Source: Candidatus Gastranaerophilales bacterium
Lineage (GTDB): Bacteria > Cyanobacteriota > Vampirovibrionia > Gastranaerophilales > Gastranaerophilaceae
Direction of reading: 5' to 3'
DNA length: 64,000 nt
Assembly: GCA_944322545.1 (NCBI GenBank)
Contig: CALUPF010000036.1
Location: 3,427 to 67,426 of the forward strand
Below the pieces are notes generated by a model. It was not told the origin of the DNA. It searched no databases and was given only the letters and a program-made list of their open reading frames with translations. Made by a program: the position numbers and the translations under genes. Below, in pieces: positions 18,046 through 28,688 of the stretch. The number at the start of each line of letters is the position of its first letter. Positions within the stretch are counted from its first letter, which is position 1.

Positions 18046-19041
18046 ATGAAAACTCCAAAAAGAATATTAATGGTTAATTTTGGTGGAATTGGTGATGAAA
18101 TTCTTTTTCTGCCTGCTATATCAAGTTTGAAAAAAGAGTTTCCACAAGCCAAAATTACACTTGCACTAGAACCAAGAAGTAAATCAGTCAAAGACCTTTC
18201 TAATTTGATTGATGACGTTATGTGCGTTGATATCAAAGGTAAAAACAAGTATTTTGAGCTTTTAAAATTCGTAATCAAAGCACGCTTGGGGAAATATGAC
18301 ATGGTATTTTCTTCAGGAGCAAATAATCTTATTCCTTTGTTATTATTTATGACAGGGATAACTTATAGATATGGCTTTGAAAGTGGAAAAGGACCTTTCA
18401 ATTTAAGCAAAATTTTACTTACAAAAGCTGTAAAATTGGACAAAAACCGCTATGCATCTTTTATGTATCACGAACTAGTTACGCCTGTTACTGATATTAA
18501 AACAGAATATCCTGAAATTGATGCAGGCGAAGTTGAAAAAGAACCTAATTCAGTATTAGTTCATCCTGGCGTTAGCAAAATGAGTGTCGTAAGACATATG
18601 ATAAAAACTTGGACACCTGAAATCTGGGCTGAATTAATCCAAAAAATACTTAATACCGGAAAAAAAGTCTATCTAATAGGTGGGCCTGATGATAAAGAAT
18701 GTATAGAAAAAATTGTTGAAATTATTGGTTCAGCCCTTAATTTTGAAAATTTATATGGAACTACTAAAAACATCATGGATTTAGCAAGACTAACAAAAAA
18801 AGCTGAAGTTTTAGTTTGTTCAGATTCTGCACCAATGCATATAGGAGTTGGGGTTGGAACAAAAACTCTTGCACTTTTCGGACCAACTGATGAAAAAAAA
18901 TTGATACCAAATAATGAAAAATATATAGCTATAAAAAACAATGTGGCTTGCCGTCCTTGCTTATGGGATAAACGACAAACCACATGTGAAAATTTAGAGT
19001 GTTTAAAAATTGATTTAGATGAAGTGGTTAAACTAATTTAG
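18046..19041 (+). CDS. glycosyltransferase family 9 (LPS heptosyltransferase-like)
   Basis: RILMVNFGGIGDEILFLPAI and the C-terminal CSDSAPMHIGVGVG motif are typical of GT9. Confidence 0.8.
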   Translation: MKTPKRILMVNFGGIGDEILFLPAISSLKKEFPQAKITLALEPRSKSVKDLSNLIDDVMCVDIKGKNKYFELLKFVIKARLGKYDMVFSSGANNLIPLLLFMTGITYRYGFESGKGPFNLSKILLTKAVKLDKNRYASFMYHELVTPVTDIKTEYPEIDAGEVEKEPNSVLVHPGVSKMSVVRHMIKTWTPEIWAELIQKILNTGKKVYLIGGPDDKECIEKIVEIIGSALNFENLYGTTKNIMDLARLTKKAEVLVCSDSAPMHIGVGVGTKTLALFGPTDEKKLIPNNEKYIAIKNNVACRPCLWDKRQTTCENLECLKIDLDEVVKLI

Positions 19042-19043
19042 TT

Positions 19044-19559
19044 TTATTTTGCTTCTTCATTTTTTATAGCTTTATCAACTTCTTGTTTTGCAGCGGTAGC
19101 TTCTGCTTTTTCAAGGGCTTTTGCAGCTTTTTCTTCAGGAGTTTTCTTTATGAAAAAGCCTTTAGTACCTTCTGGAACAACTACTGTAAAGCCCAAAATG
19201 TTCTTTTTAAGTTCATAACCAGGCAAAAGCTTTCTTGTACCAGCACTGAAATTAAAGAAGCTATTACAAATTGTTTTTCCGCCAAATACAAATTTTGCGT
19301 TTTCTGGAAGCATTTTAGATTCATTAACAGCTTTAATTTGTTCATCTGTTAATCTGCTAAACATAAGTCTTATTCTGCTGATTTTAGGAGGTTCTGTTTT
19401 TGTTTCAACATTAGATTCTGGTTTTGAAATTTCAACAGTATCTTTTACTTCTTCAAATTTAACAGGAGCAGTTTCAATAGACTTAGGTGCATCATTTGAT
19501 GTTTGAACTGGTGCAGGTGCCTGAGTCGTTGGCATAGGAATAGTTTGTACTAATTGCAT
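19044..19559 (-). CDS. hypothetical protein
   Basis: Start taken at the ATG for MQLVQTIP. Pro/Thr-rich N-terminus and Lys/Ala-rich C-terminus. Lies downstream of murE. Confidence 0.5.
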   Translation of the reverse strand: MQLVQTIPMPTTQAPAPVQTSNDAPKSIETAPVKFEEVKDTVEISKPESNVETKTEPPKISRIRLMFSRLTDEQIKAVNESKMLPENAKFVFGGKTICNSFFNFSAGTRKLLPGYELKKNILGFTVVVPEGTKGFFIKKTPEEKAAKALEKAEATAAKQEVDKAIKNEEAK

Positions 19560-19657
19560 ATTCGACCTTTCATAGTTATGAACAGTACTTACACAAAACG
19601 TACAAAGAAAAATTTTTGTCAAATTTGCAACTTAATCATACCTGTTTTTAACATGAT

Positions 19658-21127
19658 TTAACAAAAGACTTTTCTAGCCTGCTCACGATCATCAAAATGA
19701 ATTGTTTTGTCTTTCAAAATTTGATAATCTTCATGCCCTTTTCCAGCAATGATTATAACATCATCCTCTTTTGCCACATTTTTCAACATAGAAATTGCAA
19801 CACCTCTGTCAGGCTCGACAAAAACACGTTGAGTGTTAACTGATTTAATGCCAGCCAAAATATCTGAAATGATTAATTGAGGATCTTCACTTCTTGGATT
19901 ATCAGATGTAACAAAAACTATATCAGCATTTTCATCTGCTATTTTACCCATTTTGGGACGTTTTGTTGCATCTCTGTCCCCTCCACAACCAAATAGACAA
20001 ATAAGTCTGCTATTTTGAGGAGTTAATTCTCTAGCCGCTTTTAAAACATTTTCCAACCCATCTGGAGTGTGAGCATAATCAACTATCACAAGTGGTTTTT
20101 TAGCGACAATTTCAAATCGTCCATCAACACTTTTTGTTTCTTCTAAAGCTTTTATACAAACATCTACATCAAAGCCCATAGCAATACCTGCACTCAAAGC
20201 CGCTAAAGCATTGTATACACTAAACATTCCATTCATTTGAAGATTTACTTTTTTCATTTGTCCCAAAATTTCACAATCAAATTTTGCGCCATGAATAGAA
20301 AAATCAATGTTAGAAGCAGTTATATCAGCTTTGCTTTTTATACCGTATGTATAAATTTTTACACCATCTTTAACTACTGATTTAAATCTTTCAGCATATT
20401 CGTCATCATTATTAATAACGGCAAAACAGCCTTCTTTTAAACCCTTAAACAAAATTGCTTTTGCTTCAAAATAATTATTCATCGTAATGTGATAATCTAA
20501 ATGATCCTGTGTAAGGTTTGTAAATACTGCACCATTAAAATCACATCCACCAACTCTGTTTTGTTCTAAAGCGTGTGAGCTAACCTCCATAGCAACATAA
20601 TCAATGTTCTTTTCTCTTATCATTTCTAGTGTTTTTTGAAGTTCTGGCGCTTGAGGAGTTGTATGTTTTGCATCGTGATATGAATCTGAACCTGACAATT
20701 TATAGCCTAGAGTTCCAATCAAAGCACATTTTTTATTTGCATCCTCAACAATACGTTGAATTAAGTGTGTAACTGTAGTTTTCCCATTAGTTCCAGTAAC
20801 ACCAATTAGATTAATTTTTTTAGAAGGATAATCATAAAAATTAGCCGCCAAATCTGCAATTTGATGACGAGTAGACTCAACTATAATTTGTGGTGCATTT
20901 ATCTCAGGCAATTCTTTTTCGCAATAAAAAGCGGCAGCACCATTTTCATAAGCCATTTTTGCGTATTCATGCCCGTCAGTGTGTTCACCAACTAAACAAA
21001 CAAAAATTTCTCCTTTTTGAATTGTTTTAGAATTATAAGAAATTCCTGTAATCTCTATATCTGAAAGATTGTTTCCATTTACAATCTTTTTTATTTCTAT
21101 GTTTTCCATTAATTTACTGAGTTTCAT
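19658..21127 (-). CDS. murE: UDP-N-acetylmuramoyl-L-alanyl-D-glutamate--2,6-diaminopimelate ligase
   Basis: Mur ligase P-loop GVTGTNGKTT. DNPR motif (TSDNPRSEDP) indicates meso-DAP specificity. Confidence 0.95.
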   Translation of the reverse strand: MKLSKLMENIEIKKIVNGNNLSDIEITGISYNSKTIQKGEIFVCLVGEHTDGHEYAKMAYENGAAAFYCEKELPEINAPQIIVESTRHQIADLAANFYDYPSKKINLIGVTGTNGKTTVTHLIQRIVEDANKKCALIGTLGYKLSGSDSYHDAKHTTPQAPELQKTLEMIREKNIDYVAMEVSSHALEQNRVGGCDFNGAVFTNLTQDHLDYHITMNNYFEAKAILFKGLKEGCFAVINNDDEYAERFKSVVKDGVKIYTYGIKSKADITASNIDFSIHGAKFDCEILGQMKKVNLQMNGMFSVYNALAALSAGIAMGFDVDVCIKALEETKSVDGRFEIVAKKPLVIVDYAHTPDGLENVLKAARELTPQNSRLICLFGCGGDRDATKRPKMGKIADENADIVFVTSDNPRSEDPQLIISDILAGIKSVNTQRVFVEPDRGVAISMLKNVAKEDDVIIIAGKGHEDYQILKDKTIHFDDREQARKVFC

Positions 21128-21141
21128 ATTTTATGTCCTTT

Positions 21142-22875
21142 TTATTTTTTCAAAGATTTTTTATCAGGTGGAATGTTCATTATTCTAGCTGTTTGTAGTG
21201 CAACCTCTCTAAATACAGGAGCTGCAACTGTGCTACCCCACAACGCACCTTTAGAAGGTGAATCGATTACTACATAAATCAAAACTTGTGGATTATTTGC
21301 AGGGAAAAATCCCACAATAGAGGTCACAAGTTTATTTGTATACCCCTTAGCACCTGAAATTGATTTTCTTGCTGTACCTGTTTTAGCAGCAACATGATAG
21401 TCATCTAGATTAACAGGTGATTTTGATCTTCCAATACTACCAGCTAATAATCTTGCAACAGAATGTGCAGTTTCAGGTTTTATAGTCTGAATATGTTTTA
21501 TTTTTTCAACTTCTTCTTCTGGAGAGTATTTTATCACGTGAGGAGTAACCCTTACGCCACTATTTGCAATGGCTGAAATAGCAGACACCATTTGAATTGC
21601 CGTAACAGAAATACTATAACCGTATCCAACTGAAGCGTGAGTTGATTTATGCCAATCTTTATAATCAGGAATCAAACCTCTTGATTCACCAGGTAGGTCT
21701 ATTCCTGTTTTTTCACCAATACCAAATTTTTTCAAAGTATTATAATGTTCTTGTTTTGTCATCATTAAAGCAGCTTTTGCACTAGCAACATTGCTTGAGT
21801 GTTCAAACAAGTAGTATAAATCTATATTTCCAGGGAATGGTTTAACATTATAATCGTAGTTTTTGATAGTCCAATTATCTATGTCTAATTTACCTGTATC
21901 TAGAATTTTAGAATTTTCATGCAATCTGCCATTTTCAATAGCTGAAGCAATAGTAAGCACTTTAAATGTAGATCCTGGCTCAAATACGTCACTTAAAGTC
22001 CAATTTGTAAGTTGTGTTAAAGTAGCTTTTTTGTAGTTATTAGGGTTATAAGAAGGGTAAATTGCATATCCTAAAATTTCACCATTTTTAGGATTCATAA
22101 CAATAACAGTACCTCTTACAGCACCTTTTTCTTTAACAACTTTATTGAGCTCTACCTCACAAACGTGTTGTATAGCGGAATCTATGGTCAATGTAATTGA
22201 TTTTCCACGCAATGGAGAAGTTGTTGCAGCAGGATCAGTATTAACCTCATAAATAATATCTCCATCAGGAGTCTTTTCAAAGTTTACATCCTGTTCAACT
22301 TCTTCTAATTTATCTTTGGCGGTAAGCTCGATTCCTGCAGCCACATCAGCATCCGGATTATAATATCCGAGAATATGGGCGGCCATTGTACCCTGTGGAT
22401 AGACACGCTCATTTTTTTTCCCGAGACTTATCTCACGAAGTCCCAATTTTCTTATTTTTTGTGCTGTTGTTCTTGAAACGTCTTTTTTCAGAACTATGAT
22501 TTTTTGGTCTTTAGCCAGTTCTTTTGCCAATTTATTTTTATTCAAGCCCAATACTGGCGCAAGTATTGCGGCAAGCTCATTTGGAGTATGATCGAAATAT
22601 TCTTTGTGTGCATAAACATCAAAAGATGTTTTATCAGATGCAAGTTTTATGCCATTTCTATCTAAAATAGCCCCTCTCATAACAAAGCTTTTTGCACTTC
22701 TTTGTCTTTTTGCCTGACCTCGATAGTTTTTGATATCAACAACCATTATCAAAAACAGGTATGCAATTAATATAAAACTAAAAATAATACAAGAAATTTG
22801 CCAAAATATGAGCTTTTTGTCAAACTCCTTGAATTTTTCTTTATCGCTTTTGTAATTTCTATAATTCCGTCCCAT
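21142..22875 (-). CDS. ftsI: class B penicillin-binding protein (FtsI/PBP3-like transpeptidase)
   Basis: N-terminal TM. SxxK (GSTFK), SxN (HSSN) and KTG (AKTGTA) motifs. Immediately upstream of murE. Confidence 0.8.
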   Translation of the reverse strand: MGRNYRNYKSDKEKFKEFDKKLIFWQISCIIFSFILIAYLFLIMVVDIKNYRGQAKRQRSAKSFVMRGAILDRNGIKLASDKTSFDVYAHKEYFDHTPNELAAILAPVLGLNKNKLAKELAKDQKIIVLKKDVSRTTAQKIRKLGLREISLGKKNERVYPQGTMAAHILGYYNPDADVAAGIELTAKDKLEEVEQDVNFEKTPDGDIIYEVNTDPAATTSPLRGKSITLTIDSAIQHVCEVELNKVVKEKGAVRGTVIVMNPKNGEILGYAIYPSYNPNNYKKATLTQLTNWTLSDVFEPGSTFKVLTIASAIENGRLHENSKILDTGKLDIDNWTIKNYDYNVKPFPGNIDLYYLFEHSSNVASAKAALMMTKQEHYNTLKKFGIGEKTGIDLPGESRGLIPDYKDWHKSTHASVGYGYSISVTAIQMVSAISAIANSGVRVTPHVIKYSPEEEVEKIKHIQTIKPETAHSVARLLAGSIGRSKSPVNLDDYHVAAKTGTARKSISGAKGYTNKLVTSIVGFFPANNPQVLIYVVIDSPSKGALWGSTVAAPVFREVALQTARIMNIPPDKKSLKK

Positions 22876-22922
22876 GAGAATAATTATACTATATCAAACA
22901 ATTTGAGAGCATTAATTTATGT

Positions 22923-22957
22923 AAAAAAAGACCTTTTCAAATGAAAAGGTCTTTTTA
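22923..22957 (-). terminator. rho-independent terminator of rpsO
   Basis: AAAAAAAGACCTTTT-CAAATG-AAAAGGTCTTTTT, symmetric. Confidence 0.8.
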
Positions 22958-22976
22958 AAATCCTAGCAATAAGAGA

Positions 22977-23252
22977 TTAGCCTCTGATACCTAATGTTTT
23001 GATTAAATCTCTGTATTTTTCAAGGTTTTGTTTTTTAACGTAAGCTAAAAGTCTTTTTCTTTGACCTACCATCATCAAAAGACCACGTCTGCCTTGGAAA
23101 TCTTTTTTGTTAGATTTCAAGTGTTCTGTTAATTCAGTAATTTTTTGGGTTAAAAGAGCAATTTGAACTTCAGCTGAACCTGAATCTTTTGCATCTTTAC
23201 CGAATTTTTTGATGATTTCTGCTTTTTCTTCTTTTGCTAAATTTATTGCCAT
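22977..23252 (-). CDS. rpsO: 30S ribosomal protein S15
   Basis: 91 aa. [22 protein letters not shown]...HSRRGLL-type motif ([17 protein letters not shown]). Confidence 0.95.
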   Translation of the reverse strand: MAINLAKEEKAEIIKKFGKDAKDSGSAEVQIALLTQKITELTEHLKSNKKDFQGRRGLLMMVGQRKRLLAYVKKQNLEKYRDLIKTLGIRG

Positions 23253-23474
23253 TTTCTTTTCCTTTTTCTAATTTTAATAAGTTTAAGTTGGTGGCGTAAA
23301 CTCAATAAAATTATTTATCGTTCCTTAAGCATAACATCTCAAAAGCTTTAGTCAACCATGATTTGAGATATCTTAAGATTTACTAAATTAATGCTTTGAT
23401 AAAATTTGTAAAAATATCCCACAAAAATTTTAGGAATGATATCATATTGTAAAAGACGTAAATAGGGGAAGAAT

Positions 23475-24182
23475 ATGGAAAATAATAAACCGGTAGTCAA
23501 ACTGATTTCCAAACCGGAGAATATGTTAAAAACAATTTATACAGCTTGCAGAACTTGTTATAGTGCAGATTCACCTGTTAACATTTATGACAACGCAGTT
23601 GATGAAGAAAAAATGTTAAAACTGATTGAAAGAGTAATTTCTTCAGGTCACTATTCGACAATTGAACATATTCAGGTAAGTTTTGCTATCTCTAATGTTT
23701 CAAGAGCTTGCACTCACCAGTTTGTAAGACACAGACACGTATCTTTCTCTCAAAAATCACAACGTTACGTCAAAGAAAAAGGTCAATTTGATTATATTAC
23801 ACCACCTACATTGTCAAAAAATCCTGAACTTTTGAAAAAATACGAAGAATTTATGACAAAAGTTGCTGATTTTTACACAGAAATGACAGAAGCAGGCATT
23901 CCTGCTGAAGATGCGAGATTTGTTTTACCTAATGCTGCAGCTAGCTCAATAGTTGCTTCTTTAAATCTTAGAGAACTAATACATATTGCAAATATAAGAC
24001 TTTGCACACGCGCTCAATATGAAATAAGAGTTATGGTCAAAATGATGTGCGAAGAACTATTGAAAGAAGAGCCATGGCTTGCTCCATATCTTGTTCCAAA
24101 ATGTGAAAGACTAGGATATTGCGATGAAGACAAATGCTGTGGCAGAAAAATCAAAAAAGAAGAATTTTTAGCAAAATTATAA
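23475..24182 (+). CDS. thyX: FAD-dependent thymidylate synthase
   Basis: ThyX signature RHRHVSFSQKSQRY. Confidence 0.95.
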   Translation: MENNKPVVKLISKPENMLKTIYTACRTCYSADSPVNIYDNAVDEEKMLKLIERVISSGHYSTIEHIQVSFAISNVSRACTHQFVRHRHVSFSQKSQRYVKEKGQFDYITPPTLSKNPELLKKYEEFMTKVADFYTEMTEAGIPAEDARFVLPNAAASSIVASLNLRELIHIANIRLCTRAQYEIRVMVKMMCEELLKEEPWLAPYLVPKCERLGYCDEDKCCGRKIKKEEFLAKL

Positions 24183-25793
24183 ATATTTTAAGTCTTTTTC
24201 AGCATTATCAGAAATTTGTTTGAAATCAAATTTTTCTTTCAAAAATGTCATCATATTTGGTGTAATAACCTCAGATGTGCATTTTGGAAGATATATGTTT
24301 TTTACGCCTAGATATCTTAAATTGAACAAATGAGAAAGAGTATGCAAATTACAAGTCGTGATAAAAAGACTTATAGGAAAAGTTTCTAAATCCACATGTT
24401 CTTTTACATGCGCAAGAATTTTATATATTAATGAAGAATTAAAAAATGAGTCAATGAAAAACACATTTTCTTTTTTAGATTTCAGCATTGCTGAAATTAT
24501 GTAGTAGTCATCCGGCAATTTTTCTATCATTTTTTCGAAATACTCAGAATGCATTTGAGAATGATTCAATAAGCCAACTATGATTAAATGTTTTATATCC
24601 TTGCTTTTGATTTTTTCAATTATTTCATCAACTTTATCCATTATAAAGTGCTCATCATAACCGACTTTTACATTAACTATTTTATGCGAATGTTCAAAGC
24701 CTTCTGAATTAATTGAACTGTCAATCAAAGGTTGAAAATTCCAATTCTCTATTTTTGTCATTCCTTTTCCTGCAAGAATATTTGTAGTAAAAAGTCTGCC
24801 CCTATATAATCTGTCTAAAAGATATTGGAAATTTCTCACAACCAAAACTGGTCCTTTAAAAGAAGCAAAGTCAAATTGCACGCTATCTAAAGACATTTGA
24901 AAATGGCCTTTAAGATGTGAATATTTCTGAAATTTAGGATATGCATGTGCAACAATTAACCCATCGTGAGTATAGACATTTATATCTTCATTTTTTGTTG
25001 CTTCTAGCATCATTTCAAAATCTTTTAAATTTTGTCCTGAGACTAAAATTGAATGTCCTGAATCAACACCTACTTCGACCTTATTTAAAGAAATTTTTCC
25101 ATAATACTCCTCTTTTAAAACATGGAGTTTTTTATGTATTTGAAAGTTAATTTTAGCAAAATCATTAATCTTTTTTAGAAGTTTTTCTTCACTTATAGAG
25201 CTAAAATTTAAACTGTTAAAAAGTTTTAGAACTGCATCTTCTTCTGGGACATAATCATCTGTATAACACTTAATTTCAATCAATCTTATAGACGCACTTT
25301 TTATTAAATTAAGTACTATCTCATAAAGATTTTTTGTATCAGATTTTAAAACTTTATTCCTTAATATAGCCTGTTGTTCACCTTGATTAACCAAAGAAGA
25401 AATATCAAACTTTTCAAATTTTATATTTGATTTTAAAATTTGAAAATCTATTTTTTGTTTTTCACATGTTGAGACAAAAGATTCTTTAACAGCTTCTTTT
25501 TCGTGATGAATATCATTCAATATAGCTTCAAAATCCTCTCTTTTGAATTCATAGCCAACTAAAATTAAAGAGAGACAATTTATAATTTTGTCTTTAAGCT
25601 TTTTGTTCTCATAGCCAAGCTCTTGCATTTTGACGTAATAATATGTAATTTGTTTCAGTTCATATAAAAGAACTTCTAACAAAGAATGAACTATTGGATC
25701 CACACTGCAAAAGCCTTCTATCGTGCAATCGTTACCAGTGAATCCTTCATTAAAGTTTTGACCGAAATTTTGATTTGAAAATGAATTAAACAT
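24177..25793 (-). CDS. hybrid-cluster protein (Hcp/prismane) homolog lacking hybrid-cluster Cys ligands
   Basis: Collinear with remembered E. coli Hcp: GHSILVSGQNLKDFEMMLE..INVYTHDG vs GKCILISGHDLKDLYNLLE..VNVYTHGE; IKHLIIVGLLNHS..LPDDYYIISAMLKSK vs LRHIFLLGGCDGA..VPDDCLILTLACGKY; LGVKNIYL...LKEKF vs LGVKNIVT...LNEKF. Confidence 0.8.
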   Translation of the reverse strand: MFNSFSNQNFGQNFNEGFTGNDCTIEGFCSVDPIVHSLLEVLLYELKQITYYYVKMQELGYENKKLKDKIINCLSLILVGYEFKREDFEAILNDIHHEKEAVKESFVSTCEKQKIDFQILKSNIKFEKFDISSLVNQGEQQAILRNKVLKSDTKNLYEIVLNLIKSASIRLIEIKCYTDDYVPEEDAVLKLFNSLNFSSISEEKLLKKINDFAKINFQIHKKLHVLKEEYYGKISLNKVEVGVDSGHSILVSGQNLKDFEMMLEATKNEDINVYTHDGLIVAHAYPKFQKYSHLKGHFQMSLDSVQFDFASFKGPVLVVRNFQYLLDRLYRGRLFTTNILAGKGMTKIENWNFQPLIDSSINSEGFEHSHKIVNVKVGYDEHFIMDKVDEIIEKIKSKDIKHLIIVGLLNHSQMHSEYFEKMIEKLPDDYYIISAMLKSKKENVFFIDSFFNSSLIYKILAHVKEHVDLETFPISLFITTCNLHTLSHLFNLRYLGVKNIYLPKCTSEVITPNMMTFLKEKFDFKQISDNAEKDLKYL

Positions 25794-25990
25794 AACTGCA
25801 TTTTAAATACACTTTTCACAAAAACCATTAGCTAAAAGGATAATTAAAATTACTCAAAATACTACTGTATAATCGTTTAAAAACCACTAAAAAAAGAAAA
25901 CTAAGACACACGATTAGTTGTAAAATGGTCGTTGTATAGTATAATTTGTTATCAATATCGTAATTATAATTAAAAAAGAAAGAGCATAAA

Positions 25991-28615
25991 ATGAAAAAAT
26001 CTGCAATCATTATAGCCTTGTTTGTATTGTGTTTTGGGCAAATAGTTTTTGCTCAAGATTTTACTACATACAAACTAGATAACGGCCAAACAGTAATCAT
26101 AAAGGAAGTTCATGATAATCCTATCGTAACAATAGACACCTGGATAAAAACAGGTTCAATAAATGAATGCGAGGAAAACAATGGTGTTGCACACTTTTTA
26201 GAGCACCTGTTTTTTAAAGGAACAACAAAGCATCCAACAGGCGAATTTGACAAAATTCTAGAATCAAAAGGAGCTTTAACTAACGCAGCTACAAGTAAGG
26301 ATTTTACTCACTATTACATAACAATTCCTTCAAGCAATTTCAAAACTGCGATGGAATTACACGCTGATATGCTAATGAATCCTTTAATTCCTAGAAAAGA
26401 ACTCGAAAAGGAAAGAAAAGTTGTCCTCGAAGAAATTGCAAAATCAAATGACGAACCAGAAACAAAATTATATGAAAATATGATAAAGCCCTTTTATACC
26501 AACCATCCTTATAAAAGGAAGGTTATAGGTCGTAAAGAAGTCATAGAAAATATAACTAGAGATGAAATTTTAAATTTTTACAACACTTGGTATAATCCAT
26601 CAAATATGATTACAGTCGTAGTTGGTGACATTAATACACAAGAAGCTTTAGATATCATCAAAAACAATTTCAACAGACCTGAAGCAGCAAAATGCAAAAC
26701 TCCAATATACAAAAAAGACAAACATATTGATAAACAAATTGAAATTGTTGATAAAGACAAAGTCAAAACTGGATATATGATGATTGGTTTTAGAGGTGTA
26801 CCGCAAGAAAAAAGAGCTGATGGATATGCTTTAGATGTTTTATCAACAATATTAGGTGATGGACGTTCTTCAAAACTTTATCAATCAGTGAAAGAACAAA
26901 AACAACTCGCATATAGCATTTCTGCAGGACACGCTTCAATGAAAGATGACAGCATCTTTTTCATTAGAGCAAATTTTAGTCCAGAAAACCAAGAAAAACT
27001 CAAAAAAGCTATTTTTAGTGAAATAGAAAAACTAAGAAATGGCGTAATTGATGAACAAGATATTATTACAGCTAAAAATATAATAGAAAGAGACACATTC
27101 TATTCAAGAGAATCCACCTCAAACATAGCAAATGAATTAGGATATACAACTCTTGTCTATGGTGACACTAAATTTTACACAGATTACATATCAAACATAC
27201 AAAAAGTAACAAAAGCCGATTTGCAAAAGGTCGCAAAAAAATATTTAAGCACTGATCGAGCTGTAATATCAATAATGCTTCCTCAAAACGCGCAAGAAGA
27301 AAATATTAAAAAGATAAACAACGTACAAAAAAAAGAGCCCGTTGTTGTTAAACAAGACAAAACTATAACTCAATATAAATTGGGAAATAATATAAACCTC
27401 ATTATTAACCACAACAACTTAAATGACATTTTTGCAATGCAAATTTTCTCTAAAGGTGGTAATTTTATAGAAAAAAAATCAGGTGTTGCCTCTATTACAG
27501 CTGCAACTATGATGAAAGGAACAAAGAAATATTCTTCAATTGATCTTTCTCAAACAATGGAACAAAATGGGATAAAAATTGTTCCTTCAAGTGGTTCTGA
27601 TATGTTTACAGTTTCTGTAAAATCAACAATCAAAGATTTACCACTCACTTTTGATTTACTCAATGAAATAGTAAACAACGCTTCATTAGATGAACAAGAA
27701 ATACAAAGAATAAAATCAGAAAAAATCCACGCAATACAAAAAAATAGAGATAATCCAACAGGTGTAGTTTTTGAAGAGTTCAAAAATGCAATCTGGCAAA
27801 ATTCACCATACGGAGTAACTGGAATTACGCTTGAAAAAACAATTCCAACAATCAATAAACAGGATGTAGAAAATTTTTACAACAATGTTTTTTATCCTGA
27901 AAACCTTGTAATATCAGTAAATGGCAATGTAAATGATAAAGAAATCATTGATAAAATATCAGAAATCTTCTGCAATAAACAAGGACAAACTGCTCAAAAA
28001 TTTGAATACTCAAAATACAAAAAAGAATTTCATCCTTTAGCTCAAACAAAAAATATCAAAAAGGCTAAAGATACTGAAGCTTCTTGGATAGTTATAGGCT
28101 GGCTCACAGATGGGGTCAACGCAAAAAAAGATATTGCAACCCTAGAAGTAATAAACTCAATTCTTGGAACAGGTATGAGCTCAAGGTTATTCAACAATCT
28201 AAGAGGTGAACAAGGACTAGCATATCAAGTTGGTTCTACATTTTTAGAAAATGTGAATGAAGGCATCTTCGCTGTATACATCGGAACAAACCCTCAAACA
28301 GCTATGCACTCAAAAAATGAATTGCTAAAACAAGTAAATGTCTTAAAAAGAGAATTTGTTTCAGAAAAAGAATTAAAAGAAGCAAAAGACAAAATCCTAG
28401 GCAACTTCATACTTTCACAAGAAACAAACATGGAAAAAGCCTCAACACTTGGCTGGTTTGAACTATCAGGAAGAGGCATTGAATATATGAAAGAATTCCC
28501 ACAACTAATTGAATCAGTCACACCAAGCGACATCATAAGAGTTGCTAATAAATACTTTGATGCTCCATACGTATTTACTATTGTTGCACCAGAAAAATAT
28601 TTAAAGCAATTCTAA
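25991..28615 (+). CDS. secreted M16-family zinc peptidase (tandem pitrilysin-like halves)
   Basis: Signal peptide. HxxEH motif (HFLEHLFFKGT) in the first half. The second M16 half lacks the motif. Confidence 0.85.
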   Translation: MKKSAIIIALFVLCFGQIVFAQDFTTYKLDNGQTVIIKEVHDNPIVTIDTWIKTGSINECEENNGVAHFLEHLFFKGTTKHPTGEFDKILESKGALTNAATSKDFTHYYITIPSSNFKTAMELHADMLMNPLIPRKELEKERKVVLEEIAKSNDEPETKLYENMIKPFYTNHPYKRKVIGRKEVIENITRDEILNFYNTWYNPSNMITVVVGDINTQEALDIIKNNFNRPEAAKCKTPIYKKDKHIDKQIEIVDKDKVKTGYMMIGFRGVPQEKRADGYALDVLSTILGDGRSSKLYQSVKEQKQLAYSISAGHASMKDDSIFFIRANFSPENQEKLKKAIFSEIEKLRNGVIDEQDIITAKNIIERDTFYSRESTSNIANELGYTTLVYGDTKFYTDYISNIQKVTKADLQKVAKKYLSTDRAVISIMLPQNAQEENIKKINNVQKKEPVVVKQDKTITQYKLGNNINLIINHNNLNDIFAMQIFSKGGNFIEKKSGVASITAATMMKGTKKYSSIDLSQTMEQNGIKIVPSSGSDMFTVSVKSTIKDLPLTFDLLNEIVNNASLDEQEIQRIKSEKIHAIQKNRDNPTGVVFEEFKNAIWQNSPYGVTGITLEKTIPTINKQDVENFYNNVFYPENLVISVNGNVNDKEIIDKISEIFCNKQGQTAQKFEYSKYKKEFHPLAQTKNIKKAKDTEASWIVIGWLTDGVNAKKDIATLEVINSILGTGMSSRLFNNLRGEQGLAYQVGSTFLENVNEGIFAVYIGTNPQTAMHSKNELLKQVNVLKREFVSEKELKEAKDKILGNFILSQETNMEKASTLGWFELSGRGIEYMKEFPQLIESVTPSDIIRVANKYFDAPYVFTIVAPEKYLKQF

Positions 28616-28640
28616 AATAACTAAATTCATAATACAAACA

Positions 28641-28680
28641 AAAACCGAATATTTCTACCAAAGAATTATTCGGTTTTTTG
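28641..28680. terminator. bidirectional terminator between convergent genes
   Basis: AACCGAATA-15 nt loop-TATTCGGTT flanked by an A-run and a T-run. Confidence 0.6.
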
Positions 28681-28688
28681 ACATTTTA

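Noticed and set aside
25828-26010. 60-aa minus-strand ORF between the Hcp-like and M16 genes
   Set aside because: It overlaps the M16 start and promoter region. It has an extreme Phe/Ile/Tyr/Asn composition and no RBS.
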